The notes beneath the pieces were generated by a model that saw only the letters and a list, made by a program, of their open reading frames with translations, was not told the DNA's origin and did not search any database. 64,000 nt of DNA, from positions 12,710,001-12,774,000 of the forward strand of contig NC_045710.1 in assembly GCF_009834535.1 (NCBI RefSeq), in the 5' to 3' direction. This DNA is from Camelus ferus (Eukaryota). Below, piece by piece: positions 37,080-50,290 of this stretch. The position numbers and the translations under genes are program-made. The stretch's first letter is position 1. Each line of letters opens with the position of its first letter.

Positions 37080-37315
37080 AGAGCTTCCAGGCCAGGAACC
37101 TGGGCTGAGTCAGATTCTGTGTGTCCCCTTCCTAACTCTGCCATCGTGAGCAGATCACATGACCTCTTTATTCAGACTCCTCATCTAAAAACAGGAATAA
37201 AAATAAGATCTACCTCATCGGGGATTCATAAAAACTAAAGTAGTTAATAATGTAAATTGTTTAAAACAATGACTAGTGTGTGCTAAGTGCCCACTAAATG
37301 CCAGCTCTTACTTCA
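37080..37315 (+). mobile_element. MIR SINE, near full length
   Basis: GAGTCAGATTCTGTG..CACATGACCTCTTTATTCAGACTCCTCATCTAAAAACAGGAATAAAAATAAGATCTACCTCAT..GTGCCCACTAAATG. Confidence 0.8.
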
Positions 37316-37887
37316 TCGTCACAAGCAAAGAATGCTAGTTTGGTGGCAGGAGCAAGACTAACCAGACACCAACCTCAGGCCCACATGTCCCACACTCTTC
37401 ACAAATTCATATTTAAAGGGTTTAAAAAAATGTTCTTTTCCAATACCAATTTCTAAACTGTTTGAGAGAAGCTTTCTGTTCTTTTTGAGTTTTCACAGAG
37501 AAGGATACAGGTGAAGGAAAGCCTCAGGAGCCTACGAGAATAGCACACAAGTAACTGCTTTGGCTGCCTGCATTAGAGAAGCCTCACCGTCAAGCCAGCA
37601 GAAACATCCCAGGAAGAGCAGCGTGAACACCAAGAGGACACTGAGGATGCTTGGCAGTGGGCAGCCTGCTTCTCGGCCATGCCTGACCCCCACCCCCAAC
37701 TGTATCACTGGCTCTGTCCCCACCTTCACGATGGGACCCTGAATAACTCCCAGCCCTCGGGGGTCCTGAGTTTCTCCACCTATGAGAAGAGACAGTGCTT
37801 TAAATGACCCCTCTATATCTTCCAGCTTAACTTGAAAAAAATTATACCACTTGCTAGCCTCTCTCTCCAAAGTGAAAAAACCCTCAC

Positions 37888-37951
37888 CATTGCTAGAGGT
37901 CATGCACAGCAATGGAGAAATGTTAAGCAGTTGGTGCAAAATATCCAGTAA
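37888..37951 (-). CDS. Candidate 64-nt exon (LLDILHQLLNISPLLCMTSSN)
   Basis: Acceptor ..GATTTTGATGCAG, donor ATG|GTGAGG, phase 0 to 1. Confidence 0.22.
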
Positions 37952-38959
37952 CTGCATCAAAATCATTTAACATAAAATGACAGAGACCCAAAGCAGACTT
38001 GTATAGTGGGAGAAACGGAATCTTTCAAATTCTCCGTCAGTCCTTTGGAGCTGGTCAAGCAGGTCCACCCAGGTCATGGGTGAGCTGAGTAGAAACATTC
38101 TAGCCAGACCTTTCCCCAGCTCTCCATTCCCCTCCCCCCAGTTGTGCATCACAGAAATCACTCATAGTGCCCCGGTTAGAGAATCGAGGTTCTGTTTCTG
38201 CGGGTCTCTACAGATAACCGAGGACTGGCCGATCAGTTAACAGGTTTCGAAGAAGCACGGCTGTTACAAAAGGCACGTATGGCCTGAGCCTGGTGCTCTC
38301 CGCAGGAGTACGTGCAACCAACTTTCTAAGAGTAGCAAAGATGTCAAATGCTTCCTCTCTTAGCTCATCACTACTTGGCAATTTAGGAGGAGTCAGAGAT
38401 CATAAATGGCCTCGTGAGATCTTCAGAAAATCTCTTCTCGAAGGAAAAATGAAAGTGGCAGCAGCAGCTAAGGTGAAGGACTGTGGAAATGAGCTTGATT
38501 GGGATGCATTCTAGGAAGCCACGTTAACCCAGCACATCACATATTTAACGGGGTGGCAGAGCAACCGAGGGGGCGTCAAACCTTAGAACACACCAAGGGC
38601 CCAAAGCAGACCCTGTGTCCTACCTCCAAGGTCATGGAGACATCTGGCTCCATGGAGAAACATGGAGGTGACTGTCCCTCCTTGCTAGTCTCGAGCTTCT
38701 CTGAGCCGGCCACTGCCTCTTTCTGCTTCTCTTCTTTGCAGAAACCAGGAGAGGCATAGACACTTACTCTGTCATTCCCAAATATGCGGGAAACATGTTC
38801 TGTTTCCCACCCTCAGAAGACTTTGCAGCAAAGAGGACGAACTCCTCCCTTCCCATCCACAGAAGCCTCAGGAGAGCTGACCGAGTCTCTTCGGGCATCT
38901 CTCAGAGTCTATGATACAGGCTTCTGCTAATTCTGTCTTCAGATGTCTACAATCATTGC

Positions 38960-39215
38960 TGCTTATTCGTCCTTTGAGCAAATATTTATTGTGTCTATTT
39001 TATGCCGGCTATATGTATAAACACAGTGGATAGAGTAGTTAAGAACTTAATTTAAATTCAAGGTTAAATTTTAAAGTAGGCAAATAATTTCAGAGAGTGA
39101 GAACTGCTCTCAGGAAAAGAAAGCAGTGGAGCAGACCAGAAGGTGGCTGAGGGCAGGCCCAGAGCTCTATTTCAGAAAAGCCAGTCATGAAAGACGCTGA
39201 GAAGAAACCTGTCCG
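38960..39215 (-). mobile_element. L2 LINE fragment
   Basis: TTATTCGTCCTTTGAGCAAATATTTATTGTGTCTATTTTATGCCGG..AATAATTTCAGAGAGTGAGAACTGCT. Confidence 0.75.
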
Positions 39216-39399
39216 GTCCTAAGTGTCAGACGTTCCTCCACGTTGGGGGTCTCGTCAGCATGCTCTCCGCTTCCAGCCAGCCCTCCTGCCTCACCCGCAG
39301 ACCACACACTTGGGTCCCGCCCCAGCATGAGCATCCTGAGCCCGCGAGGTGTCTCCGCATTTCCTTATCCTTGTGCAGACAGAGTCGCCTCTTGAGGTT

Positions 39400-39720
39400 G
39401 CCCTCCCATGTCCATCCGCGTTTCCCCAGTTCCTCCCTTCCAGCCTCAGGTCAAACGTCTCTTCACATCAGCTCCTCCTGACCCATTACCACTGCCCTCA
39501 CTGCACTTTTCTCTCAGCCTTCTCTGAACTCTGCACACATAGATACCTATTAAATCACTTGCAACACGTTGTCACACTTCTCACATTGTATTAGAATTAT
39601 TGCTTTGATCATCTGTCTTCTTATTAAGCCGCAAGCCTCACACCACATGCCCAGCATCACATCACATGCCCAGCATCACATCACATGCCCAGCATCCCTC
39701 ACCACACTTGGCCCACAAAA
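39400..39720 (+). mobile_element. L2 3' region carrying a local tandem duplication
   Basis: CAGCCTCAGGTCAAACGTCTCTTC..GCCGCAAGCCTC..CATGCCCAGCA. Confidence 0.6.
39644..39696. repeat. 19-bp tandem repeat, 2.8 perfect copies
   Basis: CACATGCCCAGCATCACAT twice, then CACATGCCCAGCATC. Confidence 0.95.
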
Positions 39721-39764
39721 CACTACAGCAAAGCAATAAGCCTCCCAAGGCCTATGTGAGTCTA

Positions 39765-39905
39765 GAACGGTACCTATCCTGACTTCACAAACGAGGAAAC
39801 AGAGGCTCAGAGAAGTTAACTCACTGACTCACGTAAGGTCATGCAGCCAGTAAATGGGTGAAGCTGGAATTTAAAACTGGGTGTTCTGAAGCCAAATCTT
39901 ACACG
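39765..39905 (-). mobile_element. MIR SINE fragment
   Basis: ACAAACGAGGAAACAGAGGCTCAGAGAAGTTAAC..AAGGTCATGCAGCCAGTAAATGG..GCTGGAATTTAAAAC. Confidence 0.88.
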
Positions 39906-40943
39906 CAGAGGGTTAGCGTCCAGTTCATTAGGGTAAAAGGAGGAAATCTGGGCCTGAAATAGCAGAGCCACTGGCAGCCCCTGCACAGGTGTCACTTTGA
40001 GCCTCCACAGAGCTCTGCCTGAACCCCATTCCCCGCTGGCCAGAAACTGAAGCTTATCTGTGGTATTTAAAGGTCCAAGAAATTGGGCAAAGTTTCATGG
40101 TGGGGATGGAAAATGTCGTCTGCTTCTGTCAAATTTCAAACTCTTGAAGTTGTCTTATTTTTTTTCAACGTCCTTCATGCTAAAAATATTCTCCACATTC
40201 CCCCTCCAAGAAATTCCCTTTTGTCATTTAAATGGTCAAAGAAAACACTGAAGAGATCAAAACGAAAACGTGACAATTCCGGACAGGTGAGCAGACCAGA
40301 GCAGCCCCTGTGTCTGGATGCACTGAGAAGTCCCTCAGCCCAGCAGCAGGGCACCCGGCTGAAGCAGCTACATTTATTTTAAAATCTATCCTGCCACTGC
40401 AGGGAAGGTGGCCTTGAGGTGAACACTTTATCTCTGGAAAATCTGGTTGCCTATGGGGATTTCAGTTGCTAGTCCCAGCCCCGCTCTGTGTGAGGCAGAA
40501 ACCACCTCCCTTATTTCACATCTTTACCACCTGCAGACCCAGTTTCCCCCTGAAATCTTCCCCAACAACTTCTGTCTCCGTTGAGCCATCAGTCATTTGC
40601 CACATGCATTGTTGTTTCTTGTATCTTCTCCAGACTGATCCATTCCAGTGCACACCCCTGCCTCACACCTGTGCACGCCCCACAGTGTTTGTGTGAAAGG
40701 GCGTCCTGGTCTGTACACAGCAGGTGATTAATAAGTGATGTCAGTGAGGTCATCCTCCCTGCCTGCACCCATACAACACAAGCTGCTCTAATCCCAAGAA
40801 GATCAACTGACCAGATGCAGGGCTTTCAACATCCTAATGTCACATTCTAAGGGAAGAGAATACATACTTTCCCAAAACTCCTGTCTGGGTCAGGAGGGAG
40901 GGAGGGCTTGGCTGTTTGGAACATGAGCCCCCACAGCATCCCC

Positions 40944-40967
40944 TGCGCGCGCGCATGTGTGTGTGTG
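40944..40967. repeat. (GC)5-AT-(GT)n alternating purine/pyrimidine tract
   Basis: TGCGCGCGCGCATGTGTGTGTGTG, 24 bp of strict alternation. Confidence 0.95.
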
Positions 40968-41287
40968 AGTGACAACACTGACTCAAGCCACAGCCTTCTC
41001 TTCTGACCCCCCTTTCATCCAGTGCATGGTGTAGACTCAGCTATGGTGGGATGGGAAGGGCTCGGCTGGGCCCCATGAGAACTGGGCCCCATCCCCCCCC
41101 CCCAGGTAACTGGGTAGAAGACAAGGAAGGATGGTACTTCCAGGAGCACCACTTTGTTCAAATTAAAAATTGCCCTGTAATTTGGAAGTCACTCTCCTGA
41201 AGCTTGGCCTGTATATCAGGCAGTGTCTGTCCAAAAGGGAAAGAACAATTGAACAATGAATGAGGCAACCACACTGTAAGCGCTCAC

Positions 41288-41447
41288 CCATGATACATGC
41301 ATAGAGTCTTTCAAGAAATGATATACCCTACACGGGGGCCCTGGCGGTCTCCAGTGGGTCTTAACCACGTCAACTGTGACAGCAAATGCAGAATGAAGAG
41401 GTTCCAGGGCTGTAATTAGACTATGAGGCTGGACTTCCACTTCATCC
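41288..41447 (-). CDS. Candidate 160-nt exon (DEVEVQPHSL...KDSMHVSW)
   Basis: Pyrimidine tract upstream of ATGTAG acceptor, donor TGG|GTGAGC, phase 2 to 0. Confidence 0.22.
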
Positions 41448-44441
41448 CTACATAACATGCCCAAGAAGATCACAGGCAGGTCAGGAAAGAAGAGGGGAAA
41501 GAGTTCACACACCTGTGTCAACCAGAGTGGCCTGGTGTCCGTTGTCCCTTCTCATTCTCCCGGGTGGATTAACAAAGGACCGTGAACATAAAAGTCAAGA
41601 AGCCCAGGCCTCCTGATACTGAGATAATCTCACCTCTCCCATTGTCTTTTGAGGGTGCATGGAGACCTGTATCTCCTGGCAGGGATGCATCGCCCTGGTT
41701 TGGCCATGCTTTCTCGGGGACTTCCTGCCCAGCTAGGACTGCCTGCTGAGTCTCAGCTCAGGAGCTAAGTGGTCCCCTGAACCCCATGTGAACACAACTG
41801 TGCTAATGAGACAGAGTAATTGGTGCTTAACAGTTAAAGGCAAAATGTGCCCTCAGGGTGACAGGAAACTTCCAGACTTTCTTGTTGGGCTACCTAGTGA
41901 AGGACGCCCCGAGGTACAAGCTGGTGACATCCACGCATGAGTACGGCACAGACGCCCAGGAGGCAAGTTGGGTTTGCCTGTGAGGCCACAACTCTTCTAG
42001 ACAATGCCTTTCCTCTACTTCCTCATAAAGTCCTCTCCTTCTGCTGTGTGGCCTTGGCTAAGCCAGGTGGTAAGCTACTGAAAAACACACAAACACAGAC
42101 ACAGAAGAACAAAAGCAGGAGCGAACATACACCCCCTGATAGCCTCCATTCTGTAAGTGTGTGGCTTACTGGTCTGTCAGTGAGGTGGATGGGGAAGAGA
42201 AGGCCATGGATTCACAGTAGGGTCACTGAGGTCAGATCAGAGAGATTGGGACCAAAGCCTTTGGGGGATCCCCCAAGGGAATGAATGGGCCACTGAGATC
42301 TTTTGCTTTTTCTGGGAAACCATACTCAAGCACCACTCATGGTTCTTTTCCGCCCTATGTGCTGAGATTCTGGGCAATGGGAACAACTGTTAATGAGGGG
42401 GCTTCCATGTGGTAAATGGAATTCCAGCCCAGGCTGAATACCCGTATGGAGGATACCATGGATCCAGTCTGGTCTCAGAAGGATGTGGGCATGATTGCTA
42501 TTTTTAAGAAGTTGATAAAAATTTATAATCAGACACAGAAGAATGACTGCAAAGAAATTTATACTGAAAAGGTCTGAGCTAGGGATATCTACTCTATCTT
42601 TAGTGCACAACATATGATTTAGTTTGGAAAAGTGTGGAAAGTTTACCTATACATCTACCAAGCCACTGTAGTGAAGCATGGCTGAAAAGATCCCATCATC
42701 CACTGCACCACTAGAAAGCCTGGCCCGTGCTAAGTCAACGCATATTCCATGATCATGAGCCACCTTCCAGCCCCTTCTCCAGGGCACCCAGCCGTGGACT
42801 GTAGAACTGACTAGGGACACATGCCCCACCACCTTCTCATCTGTCTCCTATTCCTTCTCTAGGCCAGCAGCGAACTGTATCCTTTTGCAAATCTCTGCTA
42901 CCTAGATCGATTTGTTCTTTCCATCTACCTCAATTTAGTGCAGCCATTCAACCATCACTCTCTTGTCTCCTATCTTTCTGGATAAATTGGACCTTTGGTG
43001 ACTACTCCATCAACAAGAAATGTTCTGTCTTTAAAGTATTGCTTTGTTGCACATTTTATGGGAGATCTTGGCGAGAAGCGGGTTGTGACTGGGCGATGTT
43101 ATTTTCTCAAAAACTGTGAGGTCTCAAGAAAAACAGTGTCTGAGGGCATGTCCGAAATGCTGATTAACACCTGGAAAAGCAGACACCAGAGGCCCGCTTC
43201 TTAGGCAGACTTCCAGCCTAATTCACACATTATACCTAGGAGACTCAGACACCAGCTCGCACCCTACCCTGCTGAAGAGGGAACTAGTTCTGGCAGTACA
43301 AGCACTGGGGCCGCTTATCTCAGGAAAAATCAAGGCAAAGTTAAGCCCTGGAACCAGACTTGCTCACTTGGCTGATGGAAGCTGTCAGTGGACCTGGGCT
43401 CCATTTGGGTAGATATTAATCTGCAGTGCTTGCCAAAACCTTGGCAACTGGACTGATAAAGCCATTGTACAAAGTATGTTGAACTATTCCTTTGGGAGAC
43501 GTGACTGGGGAGACCAAGTCTTCACACCCTCCCCGTGTCTTCTCACACTCATGTAATTGGCTTTGGCAGCTGGCATTATGTGGCATCCACAGGCAAGGAA
43601 GAATCCCCTTTTCTTTCGTGTGGAGGTGACTCATGTCTAATTGGGAATCAGAACAGCAACCTGGCCTCATTGGCCCTAGATTCCCATCAACTGAGTTAAT
43701 TACTCCAGATCCATGGGCAGCCCCACTTGAGAATGAAGTAGAACCAGACACAGTTTGCTTTATCTCTCCAAAAGAATGGTATGATAAGCTCTGTTGCCAA
43801 CAGCAGAATCAGCAACATTGCAGTAAAATAAAAAACAATGCCTCTTGGTCCGAGACATAACCACAATACTTTTTTGGATCCAAATTCTGAAAGCTATGAG
43901 AGTGAACATCTTGTTCGTGTTGATTTTGGCAATTTCCAAAGATGCTGTGTATATCTCCCTGCCACCCACTAAATCTCCCACCCTTGCCACTTCATCAGTG
44001 ACTCCAAATTCATGAAGAAAATCTGCATAAGAAAAATCCCCGCTCCTCATAAAACTACGACCTCTACACACAGGAATGTTTTATGGAAAAAGCACTTTCA
44101 AATGAAAGTTCTAAAATGTGTTTAAACAAGGATTGTCTCATCGTTTGGGTACCACATAAAGAATAAATGTGTATCATAGTGAATAATCATCAAGCTCTGT
44201 GCTCCATGTACAACGGTGAAAGAGATCCAGCTCCAATGTAAGCACCTTGAGGGACCAGGGTTTAATTAACTGTGTAGCCCCAGAAACTATCCGAGTTCCT
44301 GGAACATGGGAGATAACAAATACTTGTTGAAAGACAACTGTCAGACTCAGCCACTTTGGGGGCTATGTAATAAATCCTGTGTGCCAACTGTTGGATAGAA
44401 TTAACCCCTATACACCATGCTCTCTCCCCCCTCTGAAAATC

Positions 44442-44444
<3 letters not shown>

Positions 44445-44472
<28 letters not shown>
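44445..44472. repeat. (AC)14 microsatellite
   Basis: Perfect dinucleotide run. Confidence 0.98.
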
Positions 44473-44475
<3 letters not shown>

Positions 44476-47319
44476 ATCAGTTTATCTAGGCTAATACATG
44501 CAAAGATAAAGAAAAGATATGGCACTAAATCTGGAAATTACAATTTAGAAAATTCAGGAAAGACCTAAGATTCTCATGCCGGCATTCACTCCTCCTGAGA
44601 GCCTATACACTTGGGACAGGTACAGGTGAAAGTACATAGAGCTCTGAAGCACCCTTTGGTTAACATTTAAAACTTCAAACTTTAAAAATGGGGGATTGGA
44701 AACATACACTCATTTCTCTGCTTTTGCTCTACCTGTTTCTCATTTGCTTATTTACTTGCTGTAGTTGATGTCTGGCATATAAAAACATAAAATAAACCTA
44801 TTGAAACACTAATGTTTTTCCAAAGATTAAGTGTAGAGGAAGGCCAGATGACTTCAGGAGAAGTCTCATTCACCAACAGACACCACACACTCTCACACCC
44901 AAAGCCCTCCTTGCTCATGTTTGTTTCCCAAACTGACTCGCAGAGAGACTGGCTTGTTGAAGACCAGAGCCACAGACCACTTTCATATGTATGGCTCATT
45001 GCTTTCATGGGTTCTTGGTGACCATAAAGGTCTTGGATTCCTTTACAAATGTAAAAACATATTTCCTCTTTTTGGGGTACCAAGAATTCATACCAAAGGC
45101 TGTGGTGAGATATTCTTGGTCTGTGCCTATGCGTAACTGAAGGCCACCTCCTCTGACATAAAGACAGTCATTAATAAAAGTAGAGTTTCTCTTTTAAAGA
45201 GACAGATGTACGTGGCCTGAACCTGCCTAATCTTGGATATCACTGTTGGCTAATGAATTGCCTCAATGACCAAAAATGCCAGTTAGTGTCATTAAAAGTT
45301 CCGAAAATGTATTTTAGAGGATAGAAACATGATTTACTGACACATCAGATTTTCTGATTTGCATTAAAAAGGATGTCAAGAATAATTCCCAACATTTCTG
45401 TAGGATGTTAGAGTTTGCAAAAGCTTCTTTCCTTCCATGACCCCTTTTGAAATCCCTTACACCTGCCCACAAGGCAGAAAAGGCAGGTTCCCATGTGATC
45501 TGCCTGCACCTCAAGTGGAAGGGTAACAGGAGTTAACAATGGGGTTCTTCCCAGTAACACATGATAAAACAAGATGCTAACCCACCAGTGCAGGACTTGC
45601 AAAGGAAATGTTTCAGAAGTCACATTTACAATCCTTAGTCCAAGATCCTTTCTGAAATCTTTGAGGTTGAAGAGACTTAGAAGAAAGGATTTCTGTGGCA
45701 AGAACACTGAGCATTACACCACCCCTACATACACCCCATGAGGAAAAGAAATGGAATGCATCCCTTTTACCTGTGGGAGGCTTCAGGATTCCAGTTTGGA
45801 GAGCTTGATCTGGGGTCTGAAGGAACAGAGACTGGTGCTGGCTCCAAGCCTAGAGAAGCCCAGGAGAGAGAGGCAGTGATGGGCTCTTTAAAGGCAGAGG
45901 GAGGAGAGAGGCTGCCCTGGAAATGGCCTGGGTTTGGAGTTTTCCTGGAGTTCCATAAGGACCCTATAGAAAGATACCAGAATATATCATGTTAATAAGA
46001 CTCCTCCTGGAAGCTGGGCAGCAAGATAACCCCATGAAAGGCCAGACATGGGTGGCTGGAGTCATAAGTAGCTGATCTGAAGGGGCATCAACTGAGTTAA
46101 AGGAAGAGCAGTTGATCCCCAGTATGAGTGTCGAAGCTCCCACCAAACCCCGAGGGCGACAGTCTCTGATCGTGGTAGGCCCCATCCAGCAGCGCCTTCC
46201 TTGCTCCCTAACTCACTCCCTGCGGCCCTGGAAGACCCAGAGCCAACTCAGGACAGATGCTGGGAGTGCAAGAATAGCACAAGACAGGAAGCAGAGAAGA
46301 CAGCCTCCCACCTCCGACTGCAGGCTTCCCAGCCTGAGGTATTAATTACTGAGTTGCAGAAGCAGAGAAGCTTCAATGTAAAATGAAAATGAAAGCATCA
46401 AAAATTCAAAATATCTAGTGACTACACCATAGAAGCTCGACTGCCTAGCCACTGCTGATTACATTTCACGGGATGCCTGAGTCTAGGACTCGGGCTGGGG
46501 TTGGGTACCCCACAAGTCCATTATGGAGAACCAAATCTGGGATAAAAGGAAGGGCAATCAACAGAGAACCATCGCAGGTAGGCTCTTCAGAGCCCTTGCT
46601 GTTGTGGAAAAAGACACACGGAACCCTCCTGGGCAAGGGCCCTCACCTACAAGGCCAGTCCTTCCTCAGATGCTGGCTCTGTCCTAGGCACACTCCTTTC
46701 TCCCAAATGAGGAGGTAAGGCATGGATCTGTCTCCAAATAACCAGGTGACCAGCCGCTCAAGAGCCCTGTGTGCTGAGTCCCTAAACCTCACAGTCACGT
46801 GGGAAGTCAGAAGATGGAAAAAGGAAACTTGAAGAGTGTGCTTCCCGAAGGGGACAGAGCTTGTAACAGCCTGGAAAGTCAGCAGATCCCAGACAAAGCC
46901 AAGCAATGCAGGATGGCCTCACAATTGCATTCTCTTGACACACCTGGATTCTCTGTGAATTTCGTTGTTTCGTAACACCCAAAGTGGTTTCATTTGAGCT
47001 CAGCCATTATGGATGATGTGCTTTCTCTGTCAGAGACACTTGTCAGGAGCATCTCAGGGGAATCTCCTAGTTCCAGCTACAGCCCTGGCACTAACATACC
47101 ATATTACTCCGTGGACAAGTCCCTTTCTCTTTGCAATTCTCCTTCAGACTCCTGTATGTAAAATCAGAGCACAAAATGAGATGGCCTCTAAGACCATCGT
47201 TGCTCCAGCGCGTTATACCATGTATGGAGTCTGGAAGGATTTAAAAGTGGCTAAATTATGCAGCATTAATTAGCCTTTGAATTTGTATAGCATTTTGTAA
47301 TCTTGGCAAAATTCTTGCA

Positions 47320-47490
47320 CAGTTCATTACCTAGTTGGTTTGTACCTTCACCTTTGATTCTAAGGAATCAGTGGTACTAGCCTTACTAAACAAATGAGGG
47401 ACTGGACTGAGGGCTAGTAAACGAATTATCCCAGGTCACACAAATAGCAGGAGAGCTTGGACCAGGAGCGAGGCAGCTTGATTCCCAGCC
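47320..47490 (-). mobile_element. MIR SINE fragment
   Basis: CAAATGAGGGACTGG..TCCCAGGTCACACAAATAG..GCTTGGACCAGG. Confidence 0.6.
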
Positions 47491-48184
47491 TGGCCTCCTC
47501 TCCTTGTCCCACAAAGTCTGGTGTTTCCAGTTAAGAACGACACAGGCAGCCCCAGGGAACTAGCATTACACTGGTAATGCTAATGTCAGGTAACAACAGT
47601 GCACTGCTCCTTCTCGAAGTCCCAAAAGCTGGTCTGATTAAGTGGACTCCTCCCAGAGGGTCCTGTGAACCTCAAACAACCTTCTTTCTAAGTTTCTTTC
47701 AGTAACTCTGACCATTTGGAGAGAAAACAAACTCATACTCAGAGGAATTTAAGGTGTTATTTTAACTTTGTATACCATGCATAAAAAGTTACCCTTTCAC
47801 TTGAATTTTTGAGTATAAGTTGGGAAAAAAAAAAGATTTGGCACATGTTCTCCAGGTGAATGCCCCAGGGCCTGAAGTCTAACTCCAGGACAGCCAACAA
47901 AACACCAGAGTCACCCCCTCCCTCCTCCCTCCCTTTTCCCCCCCAATTCCCCTCCCCTTCATTGCATCTCACCAGCCACCTGTGAGGTTCCAGACTTTCT
48001 TCAAGCAGCCTGAATTTAAAGCAAGAACTTAGCCCCAACAGTCAGAATTTCTTCCTGGCTCATTGTCTTTGTCTTGTGCACTGAAAGAAGAGAATTAATG
48101 CTATATTGTTTAAAGAGAAATAAAAATCAAGAACATATTCAGTCACTACAAAAGCACAGAACATCCTTATGACACAAAGACCCA

Positions 48185-48210
48185 ACACACACACACACAC
48201 ACATACACAC
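48185..48210. repeat. Imperfect (AC)n microsatellite
   Basis: AC run with one T interruption at 48204. Confidence 0.95.
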
Positions 48211-48399
48211 TTACACAAGTGGCCATAAACATAAATTACTGTATAGTTATTCAGAATGTCAGCAATCCCAAACCATCTAGGGCACAGCTATTAACCTAAC
48301 AGAGGAAAATTCTCCTGAAAAAGGACTTAAAATGTCAAATGCCCAGTGACGCTGGCATGGGGGGGGGGGGCAACCTGCAAAATACAAGCCTCACAAAAT

Positions 48400-48552
48400 T
48401 TTCATTATAGGCATTGTTATTCCTGTTTTATAGAACAGAAAAACTAAGCCCAGGAATGTTAAGTAACATTGCCCAGCGAGACACAGCTTACTAAAGAAAG
48501 ATCTAGGATTTGAACTCAGGATTCTCTAGATACAAAATCCGTGCTCTTTTCT
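48400..48552 (-). mobile_element. MIR SINE fragment
   Basis: CCTGTTTTATAGAACAGAAAAACTAAGCCCAGG..GTTAAGTAACATTGCCCAG..GGATTTGAACTCAGG. Confidence 0.85.
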
Positions 48553-49670
48553 CTGTTTTGTGCAATGTCTCCCGTGACAGGTAGCAGTCTAAAAATTTGT
48601 ATGATTCACTCTGATTGGTGTCCTCAGGTCTTCGCCTAAGCTGTATAGCATAAAATAAGGAAGCAGCTATGAGCAGCAGTTGAAACATCTTCATAGAAGC
48701 AACTAAAATACATAAAGACAGAAAAAAACTATAGCCAGCATTGCATATTATATTTTCTAACTGATTTTCACATGCATCACGTCTACTGATCATCATGGCA
48801 CCGTGAGGCAGTTGTAGCTGTCCCCGCTTTGCATTTCAGTGAAGTGCCTGTCACTGTGCTTCAGTGCACGGGCACAACAGCCAGGAGTCCTTCAGGAGTT
48901 TCTGAATGTTTCAGTGTTTTACAGCGTGGCGTCATCAGGGCTGGTCAGGCACAATTTGTATTCAGTATCTGCTGATGAGTAAGAGCAAATTTTAAAGATC
49001 TGCACCAGAAATGTTTAGCCTACAAAAAGTTTCTTCTTTGAGAAAGAATCATCAATATATGGGGAAAAAAATCACTTTTGAGGAAGAGTTCACTCCTTCA
49101 CAACGCATAGGTCCTACATTTCTTTCCTCACATAACACAAATTCAGCTCCGATTTTTGTTCATTCAACTTCTACGTGGATAGTTCTACCTATTCCACGTG
49201 ACATAAAATAACTATTTATAACCACATAAAGGGCGAGAATTACACAGGAGCATTAACACGATTACGTTCCCTAAACTGTTATTAAGAAAAACTCATCCGG
49301 GGACTCCAAAATGTGTCACAATCAGACCCACTGGCTCCCTGCTCAGAATTCTCTTCCACTTTGCCTAGTCCTGGAACCCTGCCTTCTGGAGGGGAAAAGT
49401 CAGCTAGCTACCGAGAAAGAAATGCAGGTCTACTGGGAGCGTGGACCTCCACCCCAGGTAACCCCCAGATGGCCTGAAAATGGTACTGAGAGCATTGATA
49501 ATTCTATCACTAATCAATTCCCCAAATTTGCCACTGCAGTAAGACGACTGTTACTGGCAAGTAAGTAGTACCCCCACAGGGCTGAGGGTGTGCTCTGCTC
49601 AGCATCAGACTTTTCAGCTGAGTGGACAATCTGGTGTAACAGTGGCATGCTGGGAGCAGGGACACTGGAC

Positions 49671-49818
49671 NNNNNNNNNNNNNNNNNNNNNNNNNNNNNN
49701 NNNNNNNNNNNNNNNNNNNNNNNNNNNNNNNNNNNNNNNNNNNNNNNNNNNNNNNNNNNNNNNNNNNNNNNNNNNNNNNNNNNNNNNNNNNNNNNNNNNN
49801 NNNNNNNNNNNNNNNNNN
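49671..49818. other. Assembly gap (148 N)
   Basis: Run of N. Confidence 0.99.
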
Positions 49819-50290
49819 CTGAATACCTCCTCGGACGTGTTAACGTTGGCAGGGGCTCCAGATTCTGAAGATGCCGGGCTGCCTCGGCACAGCCGCCCCT
49901 CCAGCCTCCAGCTCATCGGCCCCCCCCAAACCACAAAGCAGCAGTTCTCCTGTAAGACTCACTTACAATATTTCTCCTGAAGGGCCCAGGGAATGGCGTG
50001 CAATTGAAACAGNNNNNNNNNNNNNNNNNNNNNNNNNNNNNNNNNNNNNNNNNNNNNNNNNNNNNNNNNNNNNNNNNNNNNNNNNNNNNNNNNNNNNNNN
50101 NNNNNNNNNNNNNNNNNNNNNNNNNNNNNNNNNNNNNNNNNNNNNNNNNNNNNNNNNNNNNNNNNNNNNNNNNNNNNNNNNNNNNNNNNNNNNNNNNNNN
50201 TCCCAGGGGCCCCTGGCCAATGACCTCCTTCACTCCCCAGGCGGGATGGCCAGCCCACCCTCTGGGACCCAGGGCCGAACTACAGGTTAA
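49819..50290. promoter_or_regulatory. Possible GC-rich promoter / first-exon region, largely hidden by two gaps
   Basis: Local CpG enrichment at 49830-49930, GGCCAAT at about 50214, a minus-strand GTAAGT donor at 49961-49966, and two adjacent N-gaps. Confidence 0.3.
50013..50200. other. Assembly gap (188 N)
   Basis: Run of N. Confidence 0.99.

Noticed and set aside
40211-40286. Plus-strand exon-like segment (NSLLSFKWSKKTLKRSKRKRDNSGQ)
   Set aside because: It has good splice sites but is isolated, with no compatible neighbour or homologue; such pseudo-exons are common.
47561-47582. 9-bp hairpin TAGCATTAC-ACTG-GTAATGCTA
   Set aside because: More than two expected by chance.
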